From Prorocentrum cordatum (lineage: Eukaryota), in NCBI GenBank assembly GCA_963575745.1, contig CAUYUJ010000092.1, positions 620,001 through 670,523 of the forward strand: a DNA stretch of 50,523 nucleotides, written 5' to 3'. A program made the translations under genes and the position numbers. The notes under the pieces are model-generated. The model had not been told where the DNA came from and ran no database searches. It worked only from the letters and a program-made list of their open reading frames with translations. Positions 13,197 to 24,840 of this stretch are shown here, piece by piece; positions within the stretch are counted from its first letter, which is position 1; each line of letters starts with the position of its first letter.

Positions 13197-13817
13197 ATAA
13201 TAATAATAATAATGATAATACTGCTGCTGCCACTACTACTACTCCGGCTACTACGACTGCGATTATTACTAATAGTAATACGAAGCATGATCATAATAAT
13301 AAACAAAAGAAGACGATTCGGCCTTGCGCGTGGTCTGTACCGTACACTGCTCGCGCTCGCACACGTGCCAACCGAATCCTACCTCGAACGATCATCGAGC
13401 TCGTGCGGCGAGGTCGTGAAAAGCGCGCACCGTGAAGCCTGCTGTACGCGATCGCACACAAGCAGTCGCAACTCGTGAGACCGCTCGGGGACTGGGGGAG
13501 AGGAGCCCCGCTGACTCCTCATTCTACGCTTCATGCGCCTCTGCGAATCCGAGCAGCATTTGTCTCTAGCCACGTGGCCTCAGTCGGAGCGAAGTAGAAA
13601 CAGCGCGCTTACAGCAAGACCAGCTTGTGCGAGGAGGAGGAGGAGGAGGAGGGAGAAGGAGGAGGGAGAAGGAGGAGGGAGAAGGAGGGGGGAGTTCGGA
13701 GTATGGTTGGTCGAAGAGCGCGCCCGCACGTGAGAGACTGCCGCAGCGATCGAACACAGAAAACCCTCCAACCCTGTGGATGCCAACCGCCCTCTGGGCG
13801 TAGGTGGTTCAGGAAGC

Positions 13818-14035
13818 TACGGTCGGGAGCTCTTGCTTAGCGTGCCGCGGCGGCCTCCCGACGACACGCTATGCCTTGCGAGCGGATAGCGCGTCGCTCC
13901 GCTCCGCATGGCGGGAGGCTCGGGGAAGCTCGGGACGTTTACGCCTCGGCAGCGTGAAGTGGACAGCGTGTCGAGCCGAGGCGCGGTGGGACAGAACCGG
14001 CGGCGCGACACGCTAAGCAACAGCTCCCGACCGTA
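13818..14035. mobile_element. 218-bp MITE, TA target (Tc1/mariner-type), family A copy 1
   Basis: TA+CGGTCGGGAGCTCTTGCTTAGCGTG ... CACGCTAAGCAACAGCTCCCGACCG+TA. A homologous copy of equal length lies at 35710-35927. Confidence 0.9.
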
Positions 14036-14677
14036 ACTCTTCTAAAGCGTACCCGTTTCCCCCTGGAAGGGCTTGCCCTTCCCCATGGGGCCCGGGAGGC
14101 CCTCTCAGAGACGCCTCTCGGGAGGCTCAGCGGCCATCTCGTGGCCTTCCTGGCTTTTCGCTGCCGATGGGCCTCCGAGTCCTCATGATGGGGAAGGCGG
14201 CAGGATCAGTCAGCGTCGAATCAGGAAATTGCGTTGGATCGGGCTGCATCGGTACGAAGTCGAAATCGAATCGGATCGGCTTCGCCGAGCTGCACAATAG
14301 CGTCATGCAAGCATCGGCCCGTATTGGATCGCCCGAACATCGGAACCGAATCGATTCGGGCCCGGTAGAACCGATACCGATCGGATCGATCGGATCGAAA
14401 TGGACCCAGAGGCGGGGGAGGGAAAGGGGGATGGGGGGAGAGACAGGGAGGACGGAAGTTGCAGGCGGCCCGGGGGGTCTGAACTGGTTGGGGCCCCAGA
14501 AAATGGGTCAGGAGGGGGACAAGGCCAAAGCCGCTCAAAACGGGCTCCCGATTCCCACCCAAGGTCCATCTGGCGCAATGTTTCCCCTCGGATCCGTTTC
14601 TGACAGCCCCGGGGCCCGAAAACGGCCCCCTGACGCCGAAAAAGGCAAAACCCTTCCCGAACCCAGAGCCTCGAACC

Positions 14678-14902
14678 TGGTGGGCCTGTTTTCCACTACC
14701 ACCACCAGAAGTTGGAGGGGGAGGGCGTCCTCCTCCTCCTCCTCCTCCTCCTCCTCCTCCTCCTCCTCCTCGTCCTCCCCCTCCTCCTCCTCCTCCTCCT
14801 CCTCCTCCTCCTCCTCCTCCTCCTCCTCCTCCTCCTCCTCCTCCTCCTCCTTCCCCCGTCCAACTTATGGTGGTGGTGGCGGTGGAAAAATCGGGCCCAT
14901 CA
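14678..14902. mobile_element. TG...CA non-autonomous TIR element with 5-bp TSD whose interior is (TCC)n
   Basis: ~45-50 bp imperfect TIRs (TGGTGGGCCTGTTTTCCACTACCACCACCAGAAGTTGGAGGGGGA / TCCCCCGTCCAACTTATGGTGGTGGTGGCGGTGGAAAAATCGGGCCCATCA). GAACC on both sides (14673-14677, 14903-14907). Confidence 0.8.
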
Positions 14903-15296
14903 GAACCTGCCCCCTTTCCCGCTCGCCGGAACCAGTGCTGGGCTACCTCGGGCCCCCAGCCGGCTCCAAGATGAGGGGGGAATGGTTCCAGCAGGCGCGC
15001 CGGCGTGCGCGGCACCGGGCGGAGCTCCTCCGGGCCTTCCTGCCCGCGGCGGCCGCGGCGCCGTTGGCCGGCGAGAGCCGCCTCCCGCAGCGGCGGTCGC
15101 GCCGCCCGGGCTGGAGCGGAGGGGGCGGGGCCGGGGCCAGGCGGTCGGGAGCTGTCCCCCACGCGTTCGATTCCCAACCATCCTGTGGTGTTGGGTCCTC
15201 GTTTTGAGGAGACGGTCCCCGCGTTCATTCCCCATCCTCCTCCCGCTGCCCCTCTCCCTTCCCTCCCCTCCTCTGTGCTCCGCATGTTTTTGTTCA

Positions 15297-15792
15297 GGCA
15301 CGCCCCTCACACGCTTCGTGGCCCCATAGGGAGCTCCACCAGAAACCCCAAAAGCTGCGCTCGCATGACACCACGGCACCCATGTCGGCACACCCCTCGC
15401 ACGTTTCGTGGCCCCATAAAGGACCTCCACCGAAGGCCCCCGTGGTTGCGCTCGCATGACACCACCGCACCCATGTCGGCACACACCCCATACGTTTCGT
15501 GGCCCCATAAGGAGCTCAACCGATGGCCCCAGGGGCTGCGCTCGCATGACACCACCGCACTCATGTCGGCACGCCCCTCACACGTTTCGTGACCCCGCAA
15601 AAAGCTCCACCGACGGCCCGGTGGCTGCGATCGCACGGCACCACTGCACCCATGTCGGAGAACCCCTGACACGCTTCGTGGCCCCATGGGAGCTCCACCG
15701 AAGGCCCCAGTGGCTGCGCTCGCATGACACCACCGCGCCCATGTTGGCACGCCCCTCGCACGTTTCGTGCCCCATGAGGAGCTCTACCGAAG
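15297..15792 (+). repeat. ~90-bp tandem satellite, ~5.5 copies
   Basis: Unit CACGCCCCTCACACGTTTCGTGGCCCCATAGGGAGCTCCACCGAAGGCCCC...GCTGCGCTCGCATGACACCACCGCACCCATGTCGG. Confidence 0.9.
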
Positions 15793-15944
15793 ACGATACC
15801 AACAATCGCAATACTCACAACTGCATATGGTTGGAGCCTTCGCCAGGATCATGGGGTTTTTGTTCTGCTCCCTGCCGCGTCGCACCCGCGTCCTCCCTTC
15901 TGTCCTCTCCTCTCCTCCTCCTCTTCGTTCCTCCCCTCACCCAA

Positions 15945-16345
15945 GCGCAACACATGCACGGCGCGTACATGAGACACGCGTCTACGTATAGCTGCGCGAA
16001 TGCACACACTCGCACACACACACCATACACCGCCAGTGCGCGCCTGGCGTGTTGACTGTATCATACACCCACATCGAGACACGCGTCCGCATGCAGCCGC
16101 ACACACACATCATACACATGCACAAGGCACACATGACACAAGACACGCATGCAGACACACGCGCGCATACGCACACCCACATTGAGACACGCGTCCACCT
16201 ACAGCCGCACACACACACACACATCATACACATGCACAAGGCACACAAGACACAAAACACGCATGCAAACACACGCGCGCACACACAAACTAACAACGCC
16301 AGTGCACGCCTGACGTGCTCACTGCATCACACACACCCAAGACGT
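15945..16345 (+). repeat. CA-rich degenerate repeat with a ~110-bp tandem duplication
   Basis: ACACCCACAT(C/T)GAGACACGCGTCC...CATCATACACATGCACAAGGCACACA recurs at ~16064 and ~16173. Confidence 0.8.
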
Positions 16346-16369
16346 ATGCGCCACGTCAAGACCCAGTCG

Positions 16370-16800
16370 TCCATGCACAGCAGGCGTGGCACTTTCTCTA
16401 CACCATAAGAGGGTGCTCGCGGGATGGTCTCTGAGTGCAGCCGCTACGCACGCCGGTCGTCCAAGGCAAAGCAGGCGTGGTACTTTCTCGACACTATAAG
16501 GGGTGCGCAGGGGGGGGGCCTCTCGGCCACTATGCACGCCGATCGTGCGGGGCAAAGCAAGCTTGGCACTTTCTCGACACCATGGGGGTGCGCATGGGGT
16601 GGTCTCCGAGCGCGGCCGCTATGCACGCCTGTCGTGCACGCTGCGGGGGGGTGCGCAGGGGGTGGCTTTGAGCGCGCACGCTATGCACGACGGTCGCGAA
16701 GGGTTGCGCAGGCGTGGCACTTTCTCGACACCATAAGGGGGTGCGCAGGGGGTGCGGTGTCCCAAGGCCTAGCGCGCGTGGCATTTTCTCGAGGCCACAG
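16370..16800 (+). repeat. Irregular ~90-150 bp tandem repeat
   Basis: GCGTGGCACTTTCTCGACACCAT-like core occurs five times. Confidence 0.8.
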
Positions 16801-16842
16801 TAGCACGCACGCGGGGGGTCGCTATCATCATCACCATCAAGA

Positions 16843-16864
16843 ACTGTAGCCACCCTGGCTCATG
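16843..16864 (+). other. Degraded relic spliced leader upstream of a short MAPK...-starting ORF (16937-17131)
   Basis: ACTGTAGCCACCCTGGCTCATG matches DinoSL at 17/22 with no gaps. Confidence 0.6.
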
Positions 16865-17419
16865 CAGGCTCAGACTGCTCGATACGTGAGCACGGCCGAC
16901 CGCCGGTGACTCTCCGTCAAAAGTACGGTCCCCGTCATGGCGCCCAAATGCGCCATGTCCGCGCTGCCACCGCCTTGCAAGCAGCTCAAGAAATCAATGC
17001 TACACATGGGCGCCGAACTGGCAGGCTCCCAAGGCCTGACCGGCGTCACCACTGGTATCGGCGAAGCAACGGCCACCAGCATCATTCTCACAAGTTTCAC
17101 TTCAGCTATCACCACGCCAGACAGATTATAAGTATGTGGGGTTCCTCGGTAGCGTAAGTTGTTGGTGATGGGCGGGGAAGGGGGATTGTCTGCTGCATGG
17201 CCTGGCCCCTCCCCGCCGAGCCCCCTCGCTCACAGCTCAGGGGGCCCGCGCCCGAGCGGGGTCGGCGTGCGGCCGCCGCCAGGAAGGGGAAGAGGGGCGG
17301 CAGGAGGAGGGAGACGAGGAAAGGTGGGCGAGAGGGGGGAGGGAGAGAGGAGGCAGAGGGGCGTGACACGGAATGCGGGAAGGGGTAGACGACCCGCTGA
17401 GCCACGGCTCTCCCCTATC

Positions 17420-17615
17420 GCCTCCTCCGCCTCCTCCTCCTCCTCCTCCTCCGCCTCCTCCTCCTCCTCCTCCTCCGCCTCCTCCTCCTCCTCCTCCGCC
17501 TCCTCCGCCTCCTCCGCCTCCTCCGCCTCCTCCGCCTCCTCCTCCTCCTCCGCCTCCTCCGCCTCCTCCGCCTCCTCCGCCTCCGCCTCCTCCTCCTCCG
17601 CCTCCTCCTCCTCCT
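17420..17615. repeat. (CCT)n/(CCTCCG) microsatellite
   Basis: Direct reading. Confidence 0.95.
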
Positions 17616-17740
17616 CGGGGCCACTGTCCTCCCAAGCCTGGGCTCGAGCCGCTCTGCCCCCCGGCTGCTCGGCCGAGAGCCCCCTTGACGCGGACAAGTC
17701 TCGTCTCCGCCGGAGCCTGCGACTCGGGGCGCTGGACATC

Positions 17741-17920
17741 TACAGTCGGGGCGTTGACCTAAGGAACGATAAATAAGGAACGAGGCCCCTTTTTCCCATA
17801 AGTTAAACTCCGATGTTCCATGAAAAACCTGGGGAAAACCCAAGGAGCGCTGTAAAACAACTAAGGAGCACGGAGCACCTCCCAAACGAAAAGGGTTCCT
17901 TCCTCAGCGGCCCGACTGTA
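17741..17920. mobile_element. 180-bp MITE, TA target, CAGT termini (pogo/Tc1-like)
   Basis: TACAGTCGGGGCGTTGACCTAAGGAAC ... GTTCCTTCCTCAGCGGCCCGACTGTA. Confidence 0.85.
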
Positions 17921-19212
17921 CCCGTATACAGCCGTCGAGCTACTCTGAGGAACGCTGGCACAGGAACCCGAGGGCTTTACCAGCCACGGCGAGCGCCGGC
18001 TCCGAATCGGCTCCGAGACCTGGGCCTGAGGCCACGGCCCGAACGCCAGAACCCCCTCCTGAGCCCGAAGTGGCCCTTACATTTCCGCGTCTCGAGCGCA
18101 GGATCGGGGCCCCGAGGGGGCCCGATCGCCTGCTCCTCCACCTTGTCGAGCTCACAGGCGGCACCTGTCCCCTGAGGCCGACTGGGGGATATGGAGACAG
18201 CTCGTCGCTGTGACTCGCCGCCGAATCGAGATGGAATGGCTCGTAAGGGGACGGTCGGGTGGCCTCGGACATGCTCTTCCGACCATCAACCCCCGCCGAA
18301 TCGACTAGTATGCGCGACTGGGTTGGTTCCCCAGGGTGGGCGGGCACAAGGCCCCATGGGACTTACGGACCACATGGCCCCACCTCTCGACCCAATGCGC
18401 AATCCCCGTGCCTGATGACCAGCGCGAAGCACTGCACCAGCGCCACGGGTGCAACCAAGGCGCCACATGCCACGGGAAAACTGCTACGCAGCTGGTGCTG
18501 GAACGACGTAAGCCGGTGTGTCTCCCCCGTGCCGCCGCGTGGACTGACTGGCAGTGTCGCCAGAACGTCCAGAGGATGGGGACTAAATGGGCTAAATGCA
18601 AAGCGACCGAGGGGTCGCGCGGGGGGCCACACGCCTAATCGGAGGAGGAGGTGGAGGGGGAGGGCGGCGGCGCGGGCCTGGATGATGAAGCCGCCGAGGC
18701 GCTCGGCGCACCCTCGCTCACGGCCGCCCCAGCCTCAAAATCGCCGACCGACTCCTCCCCTCTCACCACCTGGACCACAGCCTCCTCCGAGGCGTCCTCT
18801 GCAGAAACTTCCTCCGAGGCCCCTCCATCTCCCTCGGGTGGGGGTCCAGGGGCCTGGGGCAAGACGCTGCCTCTTACTAGTGCACGAGCTCGAGCCTCTT
18901 GGGCGGCGTCTCGGTGCGCCGCCTCAGCGATGGCCTTCGAGGGGCCCTTGTGGGAAGGATGCAGGCCCCTGGCAATGCGAGCAAGGACCTCCTTCCCTTT
19001 GGGACTCGGCTCGCCACATACCTCCAAGAGGTTAACAAAACGAAACGTCGCATTGGCCCCACAATGAGAGCAGAACAAAACCCGCCAACGCGGGAGCTCC
19101 ACAAGCTGGTGTGACGGGTGGGCCTCTTGGCCTCTGAGAGTCCTCCCCCGAGCCTCCACAACCACCGCTTCCCCGAAACGACGTGGGCCCTCCTCGGCCA
19201 ATGGGCGCGGAG
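17921..19212 (-). mobile_element. 5'-truncated relative of the 43.4-50.4 kb LINE (ORF2 C-terminus, stop at 18635, plus probable 3' UTR; 3' limit uncertain)
   Basis: GQEAHPSHQLVELPRWRVLFCSHCG...KGKEVLARIARGLHPSHKGPSK aligns with GKAIHPSHTLATIPKWQMFFCVKCG...KGLENLSRIRRGLHPSRSGPSK. Confidence 0.8.
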
Positions 19213-19859
19213 TTTTTTTTTTCTGGAAGGGAATGAACGCGCGACGAAAGCCGGCCGCAGTGCAGAGATGAAGGCAAAATCGTGCAATAGCCCCGGGCCC
19301 GGGCAGAGGGGGGAGCGAGGAAGGGGGGAGAAGAGCACACCTGCCTGAAGATACGAATTCCCGCAAACGTATCATCCTGAATGGGAACATGCCTGCATCG
19401 GCCACGCGGCCGGGACAAGCAAGCGCTATCCGTGACAATCATTGCCCGGGCATTTGCCCAAAGCTGGGGCGACCAAGTGAAACCACGAATGACAACACAT
19501 TCAGAGCCTCGCCCTCAGATGCCAAGGAAGAGGAGGAGGAGGAGGAGGAGGAGGAGGAGGAGGAGGAGGAGGAGGACGAGGAGGGGACGGAGGAAGAGGA
19601 ACGCAAAGGAGGGGGCCTGCAAGAGAGCGGCTCACGCCATCGCCATCATACTGTCGTACCCCGGCACCGGTATCAAGATCTCCCTGCCCATCTTGCTGGT
19701 GCTACGGCTGATGAAGACAATCGGAACCACGATGAAGATTGTTAGTAGCCCTCCCCATGCAGGGTGGAGGCTGCAAGGTGACGGGCACGGGTAGTGGTAC
19801 CGGTGCGCCATGGGCCCAGCAGCGCAACTCCCTGCGCCAGGGTCGTGCATTGAATTCAT

Positions 19860-22440
19860 CCGTTGGGAGGTCGGAGTCGGTGGGGTAGGAGCTGGAGTCG
19901 GGGCCAGCGTCGGAGCAGGAATCGGAGCTGGAATGGAGGTGCGACTGCTCGGCACGGGTGGTGGTAGTGGAAGGGGCGCCGCTGGCGTCTGCGCTGGCGT
20001 AGGCGCCGGTGGTGGCGCTGGCGTCGTAGCTGGGGAGTCGGAACTGGGGATAGAAGTGGTGGGTGGCGCACACGTTATCCCATGTGGTGGGATAAGACGC
20101 TGGGAGCAGGGTTCATTCGATCGCGGGTCAAGTGCAGGTCTAGGCGCTGGCATCGACGTCGGGTTAGGCGTTGGCATTGGTGCTGGCGTCGGTGTTGGCG
20201 TCTGTGCTGGTGTAGACGTTGGCGTCGGTGAAGGCATAGGCACAAGCGTGGGTGCTGGTGTCGGTGCTGGCGTCTGCGCTGGTGTAGTCGCCGGTGGCGG
20301 TGCGGGCGTCGGAGCTGGGCGTCGGAGCTAGAGAGTCGGAGCTGGGGAGTCGGAGCTGAAGGTAGAAGTGATGGGTTGCGCACACATTATCCCATGGGGT
20401 GGGATAAGACGCCGGGGGCAGGGTTCATCCGACCGCGGGTCGAATGCACGTCTGGCGGCGGTGCCAGTGTAGGCGTTGGCGTCGGTGAAGGCATATGCAC
20501 AAGCGTGGGTGCTGGTGTCGGTGCTGGCGTCTGCTCTGGCGTAGGCACTGGCGGTGGTGCTGGCGTCGGAGATGGGGAGTCGGAGCTGGGGATAGAAGTG
20601 ATGGGTGGCGCACTCGTTATCCCACGGGGTGGGATGACACCCTGGGAGCAAGGTTTATTCGACCGCGGGTCGAATGCAGGTCGAGGCGTTGGCAATGGTG
20701 TCGGGTTAGGCGTCGGCGTCGGTGCTGGCGTCGGTGCTGGCGTCGGTGCTGGTGTAGGCGTTGGCGTCGGTGAAGGCACATGCACAAGCATGGGTGCTGG
20801 TGTCGGTGCTGGTGTCTGCACTGGCGGAGGCGCCCGCGGTGGTGCTGGCGTCGGAGCTGGACGTCGGAGTTGGGGGGTCGGAGTTGGGGATAGAAGGGGT
20901 GGGTGGCGCACCCATTATCCCACGGGGTGGGATAAGACTCCAGGGGCAGGGTTCATTCGACCGCGGGTCGAATGCAGGTGTAGGCGGCATTGGTGTCCGG
21001 TTCGGCGTCGGCGTAGGGGTTGGTGTCGGTGCTGACGCATGAATCCTCTGGTGCGTTGTCGTCAGATGGCCGGCGTTGGTGCTGGAGTCGGTGCTGACGT
21101 CGGTGCTGGTGTAGGCGCAGGCGTGAGTGCCGGCGTCGCAAGTCCAAGCGCTGGTGTGATGCGGTGCTGGTGTGGTGCTGGTGCTGATGCGGTGCTGGTG
21201 TGGTGCTGGCGTGGGCGTCAACGTCGGTGTCGGCCTTGTTGTTTTGGAGCGGCTTTCCAACATCGGCTTGGTTGTTGGCGTCGGTGCTGGCGTCGGTGCT
21301 GGTGCGGGCGCTGGCGTCGGTGCTGGCGTCGAGGCTGGTGTGGGTGCCGGTGGTGGTGTCGGTGTAGGCGCCGGCGTTGTTGCTGGCGTATGGGCTGACG
21401 TCGGCGTGGGGGTGTTGGTGCAGCTGCAAGTGGTGCTGTCTCGGGGGGGGAGAGTTGTTGGGCGCACGTGTGGTGCTGTGCCTGGCGCCCTCCTGTCTGG
21501 GGGGGGGCAGGATTTGTCCGCCCACGAATTGTGGTGACTGGCGGATAACTGCCCGAGTTTCCGCCCCACCAGCAGGGCGGCCAAGCGAACCCTACTGCGT
21601 GGTGCAAGCTTTGTGGTGCAAGCCATCGTATCCCAGCCGCATGACCGATGGAGTGCCCAGCCGTAAATATGTAACACGCTGCCTGGTATTCATGTGTCTG
21701 GCGTGGGGATGGCGTTTGTGCCGGTGTATGCGCAGGCGTTGGTGCTGGCGTAGGCGCCGGCGTCGGTGCTGGCCTCGGTGCTGGCGTCAATGCCGGTGTC
21801 CGTGCGGCTGTCAGCGATGGCATCGGGGCTGGCGTAGGCGCTGGCTTTGGTGTTGGCGTAGGCGCAGGCGCTGGTGCCTGCGTTGGTGCTGGCGTCGGTA
21901 CTGGCCTCGGTGCAGGCGTCGGTGCCGGCGTCGATGCTGATGCTATCGATGATGTCGGAGCTGACGTAGGCGTTGGGGCTGGTGCTGGCGTAGGTGCATG
22001 TGCTGGCATCGGTGCCAGTGTAAGCGCTGGCGTTGGTGCTGGCGTAATTAGGTGCCGGTGTTGGCGCTGGTGGCAGTGCTGGCGACGGCGCTGGTGTAGG
22101 CGCAGGCGTTGGTGCTAGCGTCGGCGCTGGCGTCGGTGCTGGCGTCGGTGCTGGTCGATGGTGCTGGTGTAAGTGTTGGTTTTGATGTTGGAGTCGGTGA
22201 TAACAACAGTGCTGGTATAGGCGCTGGTGGAGGCGCTGGCGTTGGCGCCGGCGGTGGCGCCGGCGTTGGTGCTGTCGCCGGTGCTGGACGCTGCGCTGCG
22301 ACAGAGGACAGGTCGGAGTGTCGAGTTGGTGGAGTCGGTGGCGGTGGGAGGTCGGATCGCTGAGGTTGCGGAGGCTGGAGGTCGGCTGGTGGAGGTGGCA
22401 GTGCGAACCCCGAGGGCAATTGCTACTGGAAGTGGTACTG
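19860..22440 (-). repeat. Pro/Thr/Ala-coding-like 12-bp repeats (GGTGCTGGCGTC) with four higher-order ~240-310 bp units
   Basis: A conserved ~110-bp block occurs at ~20030, ~20340, ~20575 and ~20875. Reading frame is not maintained between units. Confidence 0.85.
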
Positions 22441-22443
22441 GAA

Positions 22444-24564
22444 TCACGGCACCCGGGGGAGCGGATGGGAGTCGTGCGCAGTCCAGCGCCGGGTAAGGAC
22501 GCGGGTGGAACGGCCGTGGCCTCGAACACCTTCCCGTACCCATTGTGTCATTGCGTCGTAAAGTGCTGCCGTCGGCAGGGGGGTCTGGGCGCGTCGCTGG
22601 TAATTGGTGCACCTGTACGTCGCATAGACCAGAAGGGCGATGGTCGTGAGCATCTCCGTGGTGCTGGCCAAAGGATTTACCAGAAGAAAAGAATGGAGGT
22701 TCACGAACAGGTGCGGGTCGAAGTGCAAGAACTGCGCAGCAAGCCGCTTCACCACCGGGCACTTCGCGTAATGCTCAATCGCGTCCTGTGTGTGGGGCGC
22801 TCTGCACAGGAGGCATGGTCCACCATGTTGTTGAAAACGACGGGCCGTCGTCCATCGATTCCACATCGTGCTGAAGACCGCCGACTGTACCCTTGGAGCC
22901 ACCAACTTGTTCAACTGCTTAAGGTGATGGAGAGCTGCCCGGCCATGCCAATTCTCTGTGCGCTGCCGGACTGGAAACAAGCTAGTGATGTGAGCGTGGT
23001 CGGGCATGTTGAGGTACCAGCGTCGGTATTTGTGCCGGATGCGGTGTTCGGCTGGCGGGGCGCGCGCCTGTAAGAGTCGAGCATGCACGGTGGCTTGGAA
23101 ACGAGCGCGGATGCGGCCCCATTCTTTCACGGAGTAAGGAGTGGGACGCGTCGGTGCCATGGAGCGGTATAGCTCGGTGGGTGTCCCCAGAAGCGTCGTC
23201 ATGTCCGACAATGTGGTGTCCAAGCGTAGGTGGTAGGAGTGCTGGAACCATTGATCCCACATTGCTTTTTCCTGCAGGCGGTCGGTGGTGCCCAAAAGTG
23301 ATCTGAGGAGCCGGGTGCGTCGGTTGAATGCGCCATTGTAGTTTGTGTTGTTGGGGGCGTGCGGGGGAAGGTCGGCAGGGTTAGCGGGGCGCGCGCCGTC
23401 GCCCGGGAGGTGGAAGTCCAAGGGAGTGCCTGGTTCCGCGGGGTGGTCGCCGCAGGCTGTGTCCCACAATCGTACTCGTAGTTGTGCTGCTTGGGCGGCA
23501 AGCCGGAGACTCCGGAAAGCGCTGGGAAAATTGTACGAATGTTGTAGCCACCATAAATCCTCTGGCGTGGCCCAATTACCGGGGCCGGGAGCGGCTCGTC
23601 GTAGACATTGTAACTCCACGGTGAGAACGTCATCCGTCGGGTCGCTGAGCTGTGCCTCGAAGGTCAACACCGAGATCCCAAAGGTATTGTATGCGAGCGC
23701 AGCGCAATGAAGTCCCAGCGGGTGGCCTGCCCATAAAGATGCGCGTTGTTTGAACTTTGCCTGCGGGTCCTTCCAGAGCAGGTCGCGGCTTCCCGGCCCA
23801 ACGTAGAATCCTAGATACTTCCCTGCAGGGGCCAACTGCGTGGTTGACCAGCTCGGAACAAGGGTGTCGAGGTGAGTCCTCACCGTCAAGAGCGGGGATG
23901 CGAACAGTGGAATGATGACCGTCTTCTGCAGATTAAGCCTCAGCCCAGAGATTGCTGCGAAGTCGTCGAAGAGGGCTGCCAGTCGGGGAGCATCCTCCCA
24001 CAAGTTTGCGGAAACAACGGCGGTGTCGTCGGCGTACGCGCGTGCCAAGATGCCCGGACAAGTTGCCTGGATCTTGTCTAGTAATAGTTCCGCGCAGATG
24101 GCGTACAGTAGAGGGGACAATGGGCATCCTTGCCGGACGCCTGCCGTCAGGGGGAAGCCTGGGAGTGTCTGTCCCTGGCTCACAATTTGGCATCGGTTGT
24201 TGTCGTACAGGTGTTTCACAAAGCTCCGGGCCGACTCCGGTAATTCCAGGTGGCGCAGCACGTCGTGCAAATACTCCTGCGAGAGCGACGGGAACGCGGA
24301 CGCGAAGTCAAAGAGTATGATGGCGCCGGAGTCCGATTGGAGTGCGGTGGCCATGCTGGCAAAGTCGACGTCGAGCACGTTCTTCAAAAGTGATCGGCGT
24401 CGAAGAAAGCCTTGCTGCGGTGGGCCGACCCACGCGTTAATGACCGGTTCCCAGCGCAATCGGGCTGCATTCGCAATGATCCTGTTGTCTGTGTTCACGA
24501 TAGACAACGGACGTGTGCTGTCCGCCGTGTAAACGTCTCCATGGGTTGGGTCGCAAGTCAATTT
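22444..24564 (-). CDS. ORF2 3' part: reverse transcriptase + C-terminal CCHC
   Basis: RPLSIVNTD, QQGFLRRRS, ILFDFASAFPSL, GVRQGCPLSPLLY, AYADD, SGLRLNLQKT, KYLGF; CLLC...EHYAKC. Confidence 0.95.
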   Translation of the reverse strand, partial: KLTCDPTHGDVYTADSTRPLSIVNTDNRIIANAARLRWEPVINAWVGPPQQGFLRRRSLLKNVLDVDFASMATALQSDSGAIILFDFASAFPSLSQEYLHDVLRHLELPESARSFVKHLYDNNRCQIVSQGQTLPGFPLTAGVRQGCPLSPLLYAICAELLLDKIQATCPGILARAYADDTAVVSANLWEDAPRLAALFDDFAAISGLRLNLQKTVIIPLFASPLLTVRTHLDTLVPSWSTTQLAPAGKYLGFYVGPGSRDLLWKDPQAKFKQRASLWAGHPLGLHCAALAYNTFGISVLTFEAQLSDPTDDVLTVELQCLRRAAPGPGNWATPEDLWWLQHSYNFPSAFRSLRLAAQAAQLRVRLWDTACGDHPAEPGTPLDFHLPGDGARPANPADLPPHAPNNTNYNGAFNRRTRLLRSLLGTTDRLQEKAMWDQWFQHSYHLRLDTTLSDMTTLLGTPTELYRSMAPTRPTPYSVKEWGRIRARFQATVHARLLQARAPPAEHRIRHKYRRWYLNMPDHAHITSLFPVRQRTENWHGRAALHHLKQLNKLVAPRVQSAVFSTMWNRWTTARRFQQHGGPCLLCRAPHTQDAIEHYAKCPVVKRLAAQFLHFDPHLFVNLHSFLLVNPLASTTEMLTTIALLVYATYRCTNYQRRAQTPLPTAALYDAMTQWVREGVRGHGRSTRVLTRRWTAHDSHPLPRVP

Positions 24565-24639
24565 TTCCCCACATCCTGAGTGGGGTTCTTGTTTTCCCAG
24601 AACACCCTCTCCTTCTCCTCCTCCTCCCGCGTCCTTCTC

Positions 24640-24832
24640 CTAAACCATACCATACCAAGCCATACCATACCAATACCTTACTATACCAATACCATACCAA
24701 GCCATACCAAGCCATACCATATCAATACCATACCATACCATACCAATACCATACCATACCATACCATACCAAACCAATAACATCCCAAGCCATACCAAGC
24801 CATACCATACCAAGACCATACCATACCAATAC
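24640..24832 (+). repeat. (ATACC)n pentanucleotide microsatellite
   Basis: Direct reading. Confidence 0.9.
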
Positions 24833-24840
24833 CCCTCCCA

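Noticed and set aside
14205..14410. ATCGG/CGAT-rich stretch as a MITE
   Set aside because: No convincing terminal inverted repeats or TSD.
18568..18581. 14-nt identity TCCAGAGGATGGGG with 34151-34164
   Set aside because: A 14-mer match is expected by chance in 50 kb; it does not extend.
20030..20985. Hairpin repeats as hammerhead ribozymes or tRNAs
   Set aside because: No CUGAnGA/GAAA core and no cloverleaf seen on either strand.
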